Assembly (NCBI RefSeq): GCF_003334305.1
Contig: NZ_QOWS01000001.1
DNA length: 64,000 nt
Origin: Escherichia coli
GTDB lineage: Bacteria; Pseudomonadota; Gammaproteobacteria; Enterobacterales; Enterobacteriaceae
Reading direction: 5' to 3' (one strand)
Part shown: positions 51,647-63,370 of the stretch, piece after piece
How positions within the stretch are numbered: position 1 is the stretch's first letter
How the letters are laid out: each line of letters opens with the position of its first letter
Notes under the pieces: generated by a model
Database searches by the model: none
Seen by the model: only the letters and a program-made list of their open reading frames with translations
Told to the model about the DNA's origin: nothing
Program-made: the position numbers and the translations under genes

Positions 51647-52999
51647 TTAACGAAACACCACTTCCGCCCAGCGTGCCAGCCCGGCGGTGACGGAGCCAAA
51701 GTCATCGCCGCCTGCAATCGGAATTCCCGGCAACTGTTCTGCCAGCGCTTTTTTAATCAGCGGCGAACGGGCGCTACCGCCGGTCAGGTAGATAACGTCC
51801 GGTTTTTCCTGGGCGTTATCCAGGGCCAGTTGCACCTGTTCCAGAATCCGCGCCAGTGGCTGGCTGAGGGCGCTTTCCAGCCCTTGCTGGCTAATCAGCG
51901 TAGCCAGTTCATCGCTGATAAACGGCAGTGAGGCGCGGGTTTCCGCTACGCTTGAAAGAGCAATTTTGCACTCTTCTGCGCTACGCACCAGGCGATAGCT
52001 TAAACGCTGACGCCAGACTTTCTGTAGCAGGGCCACTTTTTCCGGTTCGCGGGCATCGCGTACCAGATCGTTAAGCAGACGACCGTTGGCACTACTGTAG
52101 AAATCACTCTGCGCAGGTACGTCGTTGATGGCAACCGCATTCCACCACGGCAGAATCGGCAGGGCGATGCCTTTTTCGGTTTCGCCACCCATGCCCAGTA
52201 ACGGCATCAGGTTTTTAAACGCCAGTGCGATGTCCAGATCGTTACCGCCAATACGGCAACCACTGTGACCCAGCAGGCTGGCTTCACGATCGAGACGCGA
52301 ACGCCACTGCGGCCCCATCAGCAGCAATGAACAGTCAGTCGTACCACCGCCGATATCCACCACCAGCACCCGTTTTTCTTCCTGCAAGGTGGCTTCGTAA
52401 TCCAGCCCAGCCGCGACCGGCTCGTACTGGAATACCACGTCCCTGAATCCGGCACGCTTCGCCGCGCGTTCCAGAATCCCTTGCGCCTGGGCGTTTGCTT
52501 CATCGCCGCCCAGCCCCTGGAAGTTGATCGGGCGACCAATCACCGCCTGAGTAATCGCTTCTGGCAGCTGCGCCTGCGCCTGCTGGCGAATGTGCAACAT
52601 CATTGCGCAGACCAGATCCTCAAACAGCGCTACCTGCTGCGGTTTTAAGCCGCTGGCACCGAGGAACGATTTTGGTGATTTCACAAACCACACTTCTTCT
52701 GGATCATCAATGTACTGTGCCAGTGAGGAAAGACCGAACTGCACGCTTTTCGCCGTAACATCGATATCTTCTTCGCGGTTATAACGAATCGCCCGACGTA
52801 ACAGCGCCTGCGTTTCATCGTCGTCTGCCGGAACATCATGATGGCGGTACAGCCATTCGCTTACCGATTCACGCGTTGGCGCGCAAAGCATTGAAGGCAG
52901 CAGCGTGCTGTCGTTTTCCATTTTCAGTAATTGCGGTTTACCGTCACGCATGACCGCCACTGAACAGTTTGCTGTACCGTAATCAAAACCAATAAACAC
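51647..52999 (-). CDS. yegD: Hsp70/actin-fold chaperone-like protein YegD (450 aa)
   Basis: N-terminal FIGFDYGTANCSVAV (DnaK-type phosphate-1 motif) and VVDIGGGTTDCS (phosphate-2); 450 aa. Confidence 0.88.
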   Translation of the reverse strand: MFIGFDYGTANCSVAVMRDGKPQLLKMENDSTLLPSMLCAPTRESVSEWLYRHHDVPADDDETQALLRRAIRYNREEDIDVTAKSVQFGLSSLAQYIDDPEEVWFVKSPKSFLGASGLKPQQVALFEDLVCAMMLHIRQQAQAQLPEAITQAVIGRPINFQGLGGDEANAQAQGILERAAKRAGFRDVVFQYEPVAAGLDYEATLQEEKRVLVVDIGGGTTDCSLLLMGPQWRSRLDREASLLGHSGCRIGGNDLDIALAFKNLMPLLGMGGETEKGIALPILPWWNAVAINDVPAQSDFYSSANGRLLNDLVRDAREPEKVALLQKVWRQRLSYRLVRSAEECKIALSSVAETRASLPFISDELATLISQQGLESALSQPLARILEQVQLALDNAQEKPDVIYLTGGSARSPLIKKALAEQLPGIPIAGGDDFGSVTAGLARWAEVVFR

Positions 53000-53132
53000 G
53001 AATTAATCCCCATGCCGGTGAAGAAGGGGCGTGACTTTAGCGAAATGTTGCTGTCGCGACAACCGGAATATGAAAGCAAAGCGTAGCGTCTGAATAACGT
53101 TTATGCTGAAAGCGGATGAATAAGGAGATGCG

Positions 53133-53990
53133 ATGTATACCCTGAACTGGCAGCCGCCGTATGACTGGTCGTGGATGTTGGGATTTCTCGCCGCCCGTGC
53201 AGTGAGTGGTGTGGAAACGGTCGCGGACAGTTATTATGCCCGTAGTCTGGCGGTGGGCGAATATCGCGGCGTGGTGACTGCTATTCCGGATATAGCCCGC
53301 CATACTCTGCACATAAATTTAAGTGCAGGTTTAGAACCCGTTGCCGCTGAGTGTCTGGCGAAAATGAGCCGCCTGTTTGATCTGCAATGTAACCCGCAGA
53401 TTGTTAACGGTGCGTTGGGCAAGTTAGGCGCGGCGCGGCCCGGATTGCGTTTACCCGGCTGTATTGATGCTTTTGAGCAGGGTGTGCGGGCGATTTTAGG
53501 CCAACTGGTGAGCGTGGCGATGGCGGCAAAATTGACTGCCAAAGTTGTACAGCTTTATGGCGAACGGCTGGATGATTTTCCGGAGTATATCTGCTTCCCC
53601 ACGCCTCAGCGGCTGGCAGCAGCCGACCCGCAGGCATTAAAAGCGTTAGGCATGCCGTTGAAACGGGCAGAGGCACTGATTCATCTGGCAAATGCGGCGC
53701 TGGAGGGCAGCTTACCAATGACAATTCCGGGCGATGTGGAGCAGGCGATGAAAACGCTGCAAACTTTTCCGGGTATCGGGCGCTGGACGGCGAATTATTT
53801 CGCTTTGCGTGGCTGGCAGGCGAAAGATGTTTTTCTGCCGGATGATTATCTGATTAAACAGCGATTTCCGGGGATGACACCGGCACAAATCCGCCGTTAT
53901 GCCGAGCGCTGGAAGCCCTGGCGTTCTTATGCGCTGTTGCATATCTGGTATACGGAAGGCTGGCAACCAGACGGAACGGACGAATTGTAG
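53133..53990 (+). CDS. alkA: 3-methyladenine DNA glycosylase II AlkA
   Basis: Translation MYTLNWQPPYDWSWMLGFLAARAV… matches AlkA as I recall it; HhH-GPD motif (FPGIGRWTANYFALRG). Confidence 0.92.
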   Translation: MYTLNWQPPYDWSWMLGFLAARAVSGVETVADSYYARSLAVGEYRGVVTAIPDIARHTLHINLSAGLEPVAAECLAKMSRLFDLQCNPQIVNGALGKLGAARPGLRLPGCIDAFEQGVRAILGQLVSVAMAAKLTAKVVQLYGERLDDFPEYICFPTPQRLAAADPQALKALGMPLKRAEALIHLANAALEGSLPMTIPGDVEQAMKTLQTFPGIGRWTANYFALRGWQAKDVFLPDDYLIKQRFPGMTPAQIRRYAERWKPWRSYALLHIWYTEGWQPDGTDEL

Positions 53991-54028
53991 GCCTGATGCG
54001 TCGCATCAGGCAATGGGCAAACGCTCCC

Positions 54029-57000
54029 TCAGTTAATCGCGAAATAACTGCTATTCACCAGCAAATCCAGCGGTTGGGCATCGGCAATCACATCACCATA
54101 AATCAGATCGACGCCGATGCCAGAAAGCGTATCCATCACTAAGGGTAAAACGACTGGCCCGGCGATGGTTTTCATCCCGAGTCGCTGAGCGTGCCCCTGA
54201 ATAATCGTAATCAGCATCTCATCCATCAAATTACCCTGCACGTTGGCGCATAACTCACCATCAAGTAGCAGGTAATCTGCCATATTCGCTTTCAGCGAGT
54301 TGAAGATTTGCAGATCGCGGCCCACCTGGCTGAGCACTATCCGACATCCCGCCAGCCGCAGTTTTTGCACGCTTTCTGCGTGATCTAAAATCGCGTCTGC
54401 CGGAATAATCAGATGTAATAACCGTGGTGGTAGAGGGCTATTTTCCAGCTGCTCAAGCAGATCATTCACCAGCGTGGCGCTACTCAAACCGGCAACGGAA
54501 AGGGGGAGGGCGATGCTTATGCCTTTACTGGCAACCGCTTTTGCGGCCAGCTGGAAAAATTCGTGGAATACCCGTCGGTCAAGAGCATGGCTAAGTGCCG
54601 GATCGCTGAAGCTACGACGAAATTTTTGTTCATCAATAATCTCGCCTTCGCAACTCCAGAGTTTAAGCGAAATCAGCCACAAATTACGCGCTTCTGGGAT
54701 CCGCGGCGAAGCGACACCGTGGGCCATCATCATCAACTGATTCTCTTTAATCATCCGCCACTGTTCATCAAGCGACATCGCCGCCCGTTCGCTATGTGCG
54801 GCAGCTTGCTGTGGTTCGTAAACCGTCACCCGGCCCCGTCCACCATTTTTGGAGGCATAACAGGCGATATCAGCCTGCGACATCACTTCTGCCGCCTGAT
54901 GATTGTTGTCATCAATCAAGGTAATCCCGGCACTGGCACCTACCCGATGCACACGGCCTTCCCATATAAAGTGATAGTCATTCACGGCACTGATAATGCG
55001 TGTAGCGATAAAACGCGCGCTTTCAACATTACAGTCTGGTAGCAGCAGACCAAATTCATCCCCACCGAGTCGCGCCAGCACGTCGCTGGAACGCAGCATA
55101 CTCAGCATCAACGACGCCAGTTCGCGCAGCAAAGCGTCGCCCGCCGCATGCCCGGCGCTGTCATTCACCGCTTTAAAGCGATCAAGATCGATAAACACCA
55201 GGGCATGTCGCTGATGTGTACTGTTTACCGTTTGCAGCAGCATACGCAGTTGCTTCTCAAAACTGGCGCGATTGGCGAGATGCGTCAGTGCATCATGGGA
55301 GGCGCTGTAGCTCAGCTGGCGCAGCATTTTGCGTGATTCGGTAACGTCCTGAATCACCAGAACCGAACCAATATTGCTGCCGTCCAGAGTACTTAACGGC
55401 GTAATACTGTAATGCACGTCGTAGCTGCCGCCGCTCCGGCAGTGCAACACCACATCTTGTTCAATCGCGGAACGTGAGGTGTCGGCACTGTAAATGTTCT
55501 CCATCAGGGGACCATTGTCGCCAAAGGTAATATGCAACACCGTCAGGAGCGGAACACCTAATGCTTCTTCCTGCGTCCAGCCGCTCATCTTCTCCGCCAC
55601 TGGATTCATAAAGGTAATTTTCATTGCCATATCAATACAGACCACGGCTTCGCCGATGGAGTCCAGCGTTATGTGCAGGCGCTCTTTTTCCTGAAACAAT
55701 GCCTCGTTAAGCTGTTTAACCTCAGTCATATCCATATTAATGCCGAGCAGGCGTTCGACTTCGCCTTCTTTATTCAGTACCCGGTTGGCGAGGGCGCGGA
55801 TATGGCGAATACCGTCTTTTACGGTAATGCGAAATTCCAGTTTAAAGGGCGAGCGTGATTGCAACGAATCACGAATCACTTTTTCGGCATGCTGGCGATC
55901 TTCCGGCAGCACGCACTCGTACCACACCTGCCAGTTCGGTTTGATATGTGGAGGAATTTCATACAGCTCGAACATCCGCTTATCCCAGCTAAAAATATTC
56001 GGCTTCAGCTCCCACTCCCAGATGCCAATCCCGCCCGCTTCGTTAGCCAGCGTGATGCGCTCCATCAGTTGCTGATTCACCTGTTCGGTGCGTTTTAGCT
56101 CGTTAATGTCTTCAATCTGAGCGATAAAATAGAGCGGCGTGCCATCCGTGTGGCGCACCAGTGAGACGGCAAGCAACGCCCAGACAACATCGCCATTACG
56201 GTTGTAGTAGCGTTTTTCCATTGAATAGGTGTTTATTTCACCGCTTATCAGCTTTTCAACCTGTTGGAGATCTTTATTGAGATCCTCCGGCCAGGTCAGT
56301 TGCTGAAAGGTGAGTCCGCGCAGCTCTTCCTGACTGTACCCGAGAAACTGGCAGAGCGCTTTGTTGGTTTGCAGCCATTGTCCCTCGGTGCCCACTAACG
56401 CCATACCGATAGCGGAATATTCCATGGCGTTCCGAAAACGGGTTTCGCTTTCGGAAATGTGTTTGCGTTCCGCACGAAAGGCATACATCACCATCGTCAT
56501 GATGTTGGCGGGCAGCAGGATCAGCAAAAACGGTAGCCACGGCATATGGCTCATCAGGTATGTACGCGGCGTAGCAAGCAGGGAGGGATCCGCGGCCATC
56601 ATCAGCGACACCATCATCACCGTGGTAAGGAAGATCAAAAAGGCTTCCATTCGTGGCAGGCGCACGGCGCTCCACATCAACAGCACAATAATGAAAGTAA
56701 AAGGCCACGGCAGATACAGCATCGAAAGCCAGCTTAACGTCAGTGTGATGGCTAACGTGAGCAGCGACTCAAAAAGCAACCGTGGGTTGCGATGGCGCAG
56801 CAGATAGTGTGGTTTAAATAACAATCCCAGCGGCACCAGTGCCAGAGCGCCGATGGATTCTGACAGTACCCATATCAAAAATGCCCTGAGAGGATCGTCT
56901 CCGGGCGTCAGCAGGACAACCAGAACACCCCCTAGCAGAGGCGGAACAATGGCGCTGCCGAATGCCAGACGCAGCCAGTCAGCCAGATTTTGCAAGGGGT

Positions 57001-57346
57001 TATACCACGGCAGCAATTTACGTAGCAGCACTGCCCCGACCACGGCTTCAACAATATTGATGGTCGTCCAGGTCATGTTCAGCGAGCTGGTGGAAAAAAG
57101 CAGGATGGATGCGGCGATATTTCCCAGCGAGCAGCTCAGCGCAATTCCCGGCCACATGCGCCCGGCATGGCGATAAAACGCCACCATCATGATGGACGTC
57201 GGGAACCACAGTGGGGCGAGTTGGGTGCCAAACTGCGAAAGCTCAAGCGAGAAAAGGGTAAAGATAAACGAGACTAAACCTAAACTGACCAGGTGAAGCA
57301 GCGGGTGGGGCAGGGCAATTAATACATGCTGTGATTGTTTGCTCAT
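54029..57346 (-). CDS. dgcE: membrane diguanylate cyclase DgcE (YegE): MASE1–PAS–GGDEF–degenerate EAL (1105 aa)
   Basis: 1105 aa; hydrophobic N-terminal sensor domain, PAS repeats, GGDEF motif (ARLGGDEFGLLL) and a C-terminal EAL-like domain. Confidence 0.9.
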   Translation of the reverse strand: MSKQSQHVLIALPHPLLHLVSLGLVSFIFTLFSLELSQFGTQLAPLWFPTSIMMVAFYRHAGRMWPGIALSCSLGNIAASILLFSTSSLNMTWTTINIVEAVVGAVLLRKLLPWYNPLQNLADWLRLAFGSAIVPPLLGGVLVVLLTPGDDPLRAFLIWVLSESIGALALVPLGLLFKPHYLLRHRNPRLLFESLLTLAITLTLSWLSMLYLPWPFTFIIVLLMWSAVRLPRMEAFLIFLTTVMMVSLMMAADPSLLATPRTYLMSHMPWLPFLLILLPANIMTMVMYAFRAERKHISESETRFRNAMEYSAIGMALVGTEGQWLQTNKALCQFLGYSQEELRGLTFQQLTWPEDLNKDLQQVEKLISGEINTYSMEKRYYNRNGDVVWALLAVSLVRHTDGTPLYFIAQIEDINELKRTEQVNQQLMERITLANEAGGIGIWEWELKPNIFSWDKRMFELYEIPPHIKPNWQVWYECVLPEDRQHAEKVIRDSLQSRSPFKLEFRITVKDGIRHIRALANRVLNKEGEVERLLGINMDMTEVKQLNEALFQEKERLHITLDSIGEAVVCIDMAMKITFMNPVAEKMSGWTQEEALGVPLLTVLHITFGDNGPLMENIYSADTSRSAIEQDVVLHCRSGGSYDVHYSITPLSTLDGSNIGSVLVIQDVTESRKMLRQLSYSASHDALTHLANRASFEKQLRMLLQTVNSTHQRHALVFIDLDRFKAVNDSAGHAAGDALLRELASLMLSMLRSSDVLARLGGDEFGLLLPDCNVESARFIATRIISAVNDYHFIWEGRVHRVGASAGITLIDDNNHQAAEVMSQADIACYASKNGGRGRVTVYEPQQAAAHSERAAMSLDEQWRMIKENQLMMMAHGVASPRIPEARNLWLISLKLWSCEGEIIDEQKFRRSFSDPALSHALDRRVFHEFFQLAAKAVASKGISIALPLSVAGLSSATLVNDLLEQLENSPLPPRLLHLIIPADAILDHAESVQKLRLAGCRIVLSQVGRDLQIFNSLKANMADYLLLDGELCANVQGNLMDEMLITIIQGHAQRLGMKTIAGPVVLPLVMDTLSGIGVDLIYGDVIADAQPLDLLVNSSYFAIN

Positions 57347-57663
57347 TACCGCTTTATCCGCAAGACCAGGTCGCCAGTATTCGTTTCTGTGTTTATGCTA
57401 GTACAAAAGTTTTACATTTTATATGCGAATTGCTCATAAAGTGACGTAAAGGCGGATAATTTGCGCAACTGCGTATAACATTTTTTACCTTACATAAAAC
57501 TGATCAACGTAATTTGCCACCGGGAATTCTTTGTCAACAATTAACTCTGAGCGCGCGGCAACGCTATTCGACTGGTATCAGACGGATGAAATCCCTATAA
57601 TTGCCGCGTTTGGCGCTTCGTCGCCCCCTTCCTAACATCCAGGTTAATCAGGTCGCTAAATAT

Positions 57664-58305
57664 ATGACTGATCAGTCTCATCAGTGCGTCATTATCGGTA
57701 TCGCTGGCGCATCGGCTTCCGGCAAGAGTCTTATTGCCAGTACCCTTTATCGTGAATTACGTGAGCAAGTCGGTGATGAACACATCGGCGTAATTCCCGA
57801 AGACTGCTATTACAAAGATCAAAGCCATCTGTCGATGGAAGAACGCGTTAAGACCAACTACGACCATCCCAGCGCGATGGATCACAGCCTGTTGCTTGAG
57901 CATTTACAAGCGTTGAAACGCGGCTCGGCAATTGACCTGCCGGTTTACAGCTATGTTGAACATACGCGTATGAAAGAAACGGTGACGGTTGAGCCGAAGA
58001 AGGTCATCATTCTCGAAGGCATTTTGTTGCTGACGGATGCGCGTTTGCGTGACGAACTTAACTTCTCCATTTTCGTTGATACCCCGCTGGATATCTGCCT
58101 GATGCGCCGCATCAAGCGTGACGTTAACGAGCGTGGGCGTTCAATGGATTCCGTGATGGCGCAATATCAAAAAACCGTGCGCCCGATGTTCCTGCAATTC
58201 ATTGAGCCTTCTAAACAATATGCGGACATTATCGTGCCGCGCGGCGGGAAAAACCGCATCGCGATCGATATATTGAAAGCGAAAATAAGTCAGTTCTTTG
58301 AATAA
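57664..58305 (+). CDS. udk: uridine/cytidine kinase Udk (213 aa)
   Basis: P-loop [13 protein letters not shown]; 213 aa from the [12 protein letters not shown] start (the listed ORF has an upstream extension). Confidence 0.92.
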
Positions 58306-58396
58306 GCTTGATAAATTGTGTACCGTTCAGTGATAACCTGGTATGCCCTTGACGTAATTGGCGTTAAGGGAGTGATGCGCGAAAGGAGAAAGTGCC

Positions 58397-58978
58397 ATGC
58401 GTCTGTGTGACCGAGATATTGAAGCCTGGCTTGATGAAGGCCGTTTGTCGATCAACCCACGTCCGCCAGTGGAGCGTATTAACGGCGCGACGGTGGATGT
58501 ACGCCTGGGCAATAAATTTCGTACCTTCCGTGGTCACACGGCAGCGTTTATCGATCTGAGCGGTCCCAAAGATGAAGTGAGCGCTGCGCTTGACCGCGTG
58601 ATGAGCGATGAGATCGTTCTCGACGAGGGCGAGGCGTTCTATCTTCACCCAGGAGAGCTGGCGCTGGCGGTGACGCTGGAGTCGGTGACGCTGCCAGCCG
58701 ATCTGGTGGGCTGGCTGGACGGGCGTTCCTCTTTGGCGCGTCTGGGGCTGATGGTGCACGTCACCGCGCACCGTATCGATCCGGGCTGGTCTGGTTGCAT
58801 TGTGCTGGAGTTCTACAACTCCGGTAAGCTGCCGCTGGCGCTGCGTCCGGGCATGTTAATTGGTGCGCTGAGCTTTGAGCCGCTTTCCGGCCCGGCGGCG
58901 CGACCTTACAACCGCCGTGAAGATGCGAAATATCGCAACCAGCAGGGCGCGGTAGCCAGCCGAATCGATAAAGACTAA
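58397..58978 (+). CDS. dcd: dCTP deaminase Dcd (193 aa)
   Basis: [17 protein letters not shown]… start; 193 aa; dUTPase-like fold family. Confidence 0.92.
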
Positions 58979-58999
58979 TTCAGGCCCATTGAGGATACC

Positions 59000-60853
59000 A
59001 TGAGACGATTTCTGACGACGCTGATGATACTCCTGGTCGTGCTGGTGGCCGGGTTATCTGCGTTAGTGTTGCTGGTGAATCCGAATGATTTCCGCGACTA
59101 TATGGTCAAGCAAGTTGCTGCACGTAGCGGTTATCAATTGCAGCTCGACGGGCCACTGCGTTGGCACGTCTGGCCGCAGCTTAGTATCCTCTCCGGGCGA
59201 ATGTCTCTCACCGCCCAGGGCGCGAGCCAGCCACTGGTTCGCGCCGACAACATGCGTCTGGACGTGGCGCTTTTACCACTACTGAGTCATCAACTGAGCG
59301 TTAAGCAGGTGATGCTAAAAGGGGCAGTGATCCAACTGACGCCGCAGACGGAAGCGGTGCGCAGTGAAGACGCTCCGGTTGCACCACGCGACAATACCTT
59401 GCCGGATCTGTCAGACGATCGCGGATGGTCGTTTGATATATCCAGTCTTAAGGTGGCGGACAGCGTTCTGGTGTTCCAGCATGAAGATGACGAGCAGATG
59501 ACAATCCGCAATATCCGCCTGCAAATGGAACAAGATCCCCAACATCGTGGCTCATTTGAGTTCTTCGGGCGGGTTAATCGCGATCAGCGCGATCTCACGA
59601 TATCCCTTAACGGTACGGTAGATGCTTCTGATTATCCGGATGATTTAACGGCGGCTATTGAACAAATTAACTGGCAGTTGCAGGGTGCCGATTTACCAAA
59701 ACAAGGTATTCAGGGGCAAGGGAGTTTCCAGGCCCAGTGGCAGGAGTCACATAAACGCCTTTCATTTAACCAAATTAGTTTGACCGCCAATGACAGTACG
59801 CTGAGCGGGCAAGCACAGGTCACGCTGACAGAGAAACCGGAATGGCAGCTGAGACTGCAATTCCCGCAACTGAATCTTGACAACCTCATCCCGCTTAATG
59901 AAACAGCGAATGGTGAAAACGGTGCCGCGCAGCAGGGGCAGAGCCAATCAACGTTGCCGCGCCCGGTCATTTCTTCGCGTATTGATGAACCGGCATATCA
60001 GGGGCTGCAAGGCTTTACGGCTGATATTTTGTTGCAGGCCAGTAACGTGCGCTGGCGCGGAATGAATTTTACAGATGTTGCCACGCAAATGACCAACAAG
60101 TCGGGTTTGCTGGAAATTACTCAACTGCAGGGCAAGCTTAACGGTGGACAGGTTTCACTGCCGGGCACGCTGGACGCGACATCAATAAATCCGCGGATAA
60201 ACTTCCAGCCACGGCTGGAAAACGTTGAGATTGGTACCATTCTGAAGGCGTTTAACTATCCGATTTCGTTGACCGGAAAAATGTCACTGGCTGGTGATTT
60301 CTCCGGTGCTGACATAGATGCCGACGCATTCCGCCACAACTGGCAAGGACAGGCACATGTCGAAATGACCGACACGCGCATGGAAGGGATGAACTTCCAG
60401 CAGATGATTCAGCAAGCGGTAGAACGTAATGGTGGTGATGTGAAGGCCGCTGAAAACTTCGATAACGTGACGCGGCTTGACCGCTTTACCACCGATTTGA
60501 CGTTGAAGGATGGCGTCGTGACGTTAAACGACATGCAAGGTCAATCGCCTGTGCTGGCGCTGACAGGGGAAGGCATGTTGAATCTGGCAGATCAAACCTG
60601 CGACACCCAGTTTGATATTCGGGTCGTGGGTGGCTGGAACGGGGAAAGTAAACTGATTGATTTCCTCAAAGAAACGCCAGTACCGCTGCGGGTTTATGGC
60701 AACTGGCAGCAACTCAATTACAGTCTGCAAGTGGATCAGTTACTGCGCAAACATCTACAGGACGAAGCGAAACGTCGTCTGAATGACTGGGCCGAGCGGA
60801 ATAAAGATTCCCGCAATGGCAAAGATGTGAAGAAGTTGCTGGAGAAGATGTAG
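59000..60853 (+). CDS. asmA: AsmA, outer-membrane assembly protein (617 aa)
   Basis: 617 aa; N-terminal TM anchor followed by a long periplasmic AsmA-like domain. Confidence 0.9.
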   Translation: MRRFLTTLMILLVVLVAGLSALVLLVNPNDFRDYMVKQVAARSGYQLQLDGPLRWHVWPQLSILSGRMSLTAQGASQPLVRADNMRLDVALLPLLSHQLSVKQVMLKGAVIQLTPQTEAVRSEDAPVAPRDNTLPDLSDDRGWSFDISSLKVADSVLVFQHEDDEQMTIRNIRLQMEQDPQHRGSFEFFGRVNRDQRDLTISLNGTVDASDYPDDLTAAIEQINWQLQGADLPKQGIQGQGSFQAQWQESHKRLSFNQISLTANDSTLSGQAQVTLTEKPEWQLRLQFPQLNLDNLIPLNETANGENGAAQQGQSQSTLPRPVISSRIDEPAYQGLQGFTADILLQASNVRWRGMNFTDVATQMTNKSGLLEITQLQGKLNGGQVSLPGTLDATSINPRINFQPRLENVEIGTILKAFNYPISLTGKMSLAGDFSGADIDADAFRHNWQGQAHVEMTDTRMEGMNFQQMIQQAVERNGGDVKAAENFDNVTRLDRFTTDLTLKDGVVTLNDMQGQSPVLALTGEGMLNLADQTCDTQFDIRVVGGWNGESKLIDFLKETPVPLRVYGNWQQLNYSLQVDQLLRKHLQDEAKRRLNDWAERNKDSRNGKDVKKLLEKM

Positions 60854-61128
60854 GTTACCAGGTGACCTGTCCTGTAGGCCTGATAAGACGCGTAAAGCGT
60901 CGCATCAGGCGTTCGCGGCGGCACTATTATATTCTGAATATGTAAGATCGAAGGCTGTTCCGTTCACACTTGATGTTCCTCGCTACTATGGAACGCTCAA
61001 GCCGGTGAACGTGCCAGGGTGGCTCAATCGCTATCACCCTGGCAACCCGGGCTCCCGGCGGTAAATCGCCGCTGGCGCGGTTCCCTCATCTTATTCCTTT
61101 CGGCTATCGGGTAAAATGACCGATACCA

Positions 61129-62712
61129 TCACACCTCGTACTCCATCTCGCCATCCTTACGCAGCGGTATAATCTGCACCTTCTGCACGCGATGGCTTTC
61201 TACCTGCAACGTTTTAAGCAAATAATCCCCCACCTGAACTTCTTCGCCAGGTTTTGGAATACGCTGCAAATACTCCATCAACAGCCCGGCAATGGTGTGA
61301 TATTCACGTTTTTCATCCAGCGGCAGCGGCACATATTGCACCAGATCTTCCAGCGGCATATGACCATTCGCCGTCCAGGAACCGTCCGCATTCTTCTGAA
61401 TATCATGGCGGGCGTCGATCTCTTCCACTTCGTTCGGTAAGTTACCGGCAATGGTTTCAGTGACGTCACTTAATGTCACAATCCCTTCCACCGAGCCAAA
61501 CTCATCCACCACAAAAGCAAAGTGTGTGCGGGCATTACGGAACTGCTCCAGGGCAGGTAACAACGGCAAGGTTTCCGGGAACACCAGTGGCTGGCGAATC
61601 AACACCCGCAGGTTGAGCGGTTCGCCACGCAGTGACTGTTGTAGCAGGTCGATAACGTGAACAACACCGAGCAAATCTTCTGCGTCATCACCGTCGGTAA
61701 CCACCAGCCGCGTATGCTGATTTCGCTCCAGCAACTGGCGGATTTCTTCTTCCGGCGCGTTGAGATCGATATGCTCAATATCGTGGCGCGACGTCATAAT
61801 GCTGCTGACGGTACGCTGGTTAAGATTAAGTACCCGCTCAATCATCCGCCGTTCCTGCGGATTAAAGATCTGCTGGTTACCATGATCCACCAGCATGGAC
61901 GCGGTTTCGGCGTCCAGTTCCGCATCTTCTTTTTGCCCGCTAAGCAGGCGCATTACCGCTTCGGTAGTCCGCTGGCGCAGCGTCTGGTTAGCGGAAAGAA
62001 AACGTCGCCGGTTAAAGATAGCCAACTGATTGAGCGCCTCGATCATCACCGAGAAGCCAATGGCGGCGTACAGGTAGCCTTTCGGAATGACGAAGCCGAA
62101 ACCTTCTGCCACCAGGCTAAAGCCAATCATCAACAGGAAGCTTAAGCAGAGAATAACGATGGTCGGGTGACTGTTAACAAATTGCGTTAACGGCTTGCTG
62201 GCCATCAGCATTAGGCTGATAGCGATAACGACGGCGGCCATCATGACCAGTAAATGGTCGACCATCCCGACGGCGGTAATCACCGAGTCGAGTGAGAAGA
62301 TGGCGTCCAGCACCACAATTTGCGTCACCACGCCCCAGAACTTCGCACCTTTGCGTTGTGTGGGATTATTGCTGTCTTTCCCTTCCAGCCGTTCGTTCAG
62401 CTCCATCGTGGCTTTGAACAACAGGAAGAAACCACCAAACAGCATGATTAAGTCGCGGGCGCTAAAGGTAAACGAGCGGAAGCTGAACAGCGGTTGAGTC
62501 AGGGTGACCAGCCAGGAGATTGACGCCAGCAGTAACAGGCGCATTAACATCGCCAGCAGCAGCCCGGTAACCCGTGCGCGGTCGCGCTGCTTCGGCGGTA
62601 GTTTTTCGGCGAGGATGGCAATAAAGACCAGGTTATCAATGCCGAGGACCAGTTCGATCACAATCAGCGTGATTAACCCGGCCCAGATAGACGGATCGGC
62701 AATCCATTCCAT
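61129..62712 (-). CDS. yegH: TerC-family/CBS-domain inner membrane protein YegH (527 aa)
   Basis: N-terminal polytopic TerC-like domain, C-terminal CBS pair plus CorC/transporter-associated domain; 527 aa from the MEWIADPS start. Confidence 0.85.
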   Translation of the reverse strand: MEWIADPSIWAGLITLIVIELVLGIDNLVFIAILAEKLPPKQRDRARVTGLLLAMLMRLLLLASISWLVTLTQPLFSFRSFTFSARDLIMLFGGFFLLFKATMELNERLEGKDSNNPTQRKGAKFWGVVTQIVVLDAIFSLDSVITAVGMVDHLLVMMAAVVIAISLMLMASKPLTQFVNSHPTIVILCLSFLLMIGFSLVAEGFGFVIPKGYLYAAIGFSVMIEALNQLAIFNRRRFLSANQTLRQRTTEAVMRLLSGQKEDAELDAETASMLVDHGNQQIFNPQERRMIERVLNLNQRTVSSIMTSRHDIEHIDLNAPEEEIRQLLERNQHTRLVVTDGDDAEDLLGVVHVIDLLQQSLRGEPLNLRVLIRQPLVFPETLPLLPALEQFRNARTHFAFVVDEFGSVEGIVTLSDVTETIAGNLPNEVEEIDARHDIQKNADGSWTANGHMPLEDLVQYVPLPLDEKREYHTIAGLLMEYLQRIPKPGEEVQVGDYLLKTLQVESHRVQKVQIIPLRKDGEMEYEV

Positions 62713-63180
62713 AGTAAGTACAAAACCTATTCGTTGTATGACAAATGTCACAATTCGATCATGGATAAATCGGGGCAAAAATGCAATGTTGCAGCACTAT
62801 TTATCTCATATTATTTGAGGGTAATAACCTCACATTATCCCTGAATTAAAAGGGGTAATAATAAAACATTATTTAAGAAATATCGCATGTGGAGACGCAA
62901 TATTAAATATTGTCAACCTAAAGAAACTCCTAAAAACCATATTGAATGACACTTAATATAATTCTTAAAAATAGCCAATTGCCGAATTGTTACCTTGCCT
63001 GCTATTCCGTTAGCTGTAACACTTCCTCCTGCATTATTGGAGAGCCAATATTCAATTACCATAATGTCACCTTATATTCGGAAGTTAATTTCCGTAATAA
63101 CCCTTTCTCATCAACGATTGTATGCAGAGAGGGTTTGAAAAATTAAGCTAAATCAGTGTATTGGTAGCTAAAAAGCCAGG

Positions 63181-63192
63181 GGCGGTAGCGTG
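63181..63192 (+). promoter_or_regulatory. ops (operon polarity suppressor) element GGCGGTAGCGTG in the wza leader (RfaH recruitment / JUMPstart)
   Basis: Exact GGCGGTAG ops core about 180 nt upstream of the wza start codon, in the long untranslated leader. Confidence 0.65.
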
Positions 63193-63370
63193 TCTGGATG
63201 CCTGAAAGACCAGTCTGAATTATTCTGTCAATAGCCTGCGGATGAAATCAATTTTTTTAGGACTGATGCCAGTTAAATTTTTATTCAATTAACTGCAAGG
63301 TAAATGTGCATGGCGACATTGCTATTAATAGTGCACAGGATAATTACTCTGCCAAAGTGATAAATAAACA

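Noticed and set aside
54474-56807. Multiple forward-strand ORFs inside dgcE
   Set aside because: Embedded antisense to a 1105-aa gene with intact GGDEF/EAL domains.
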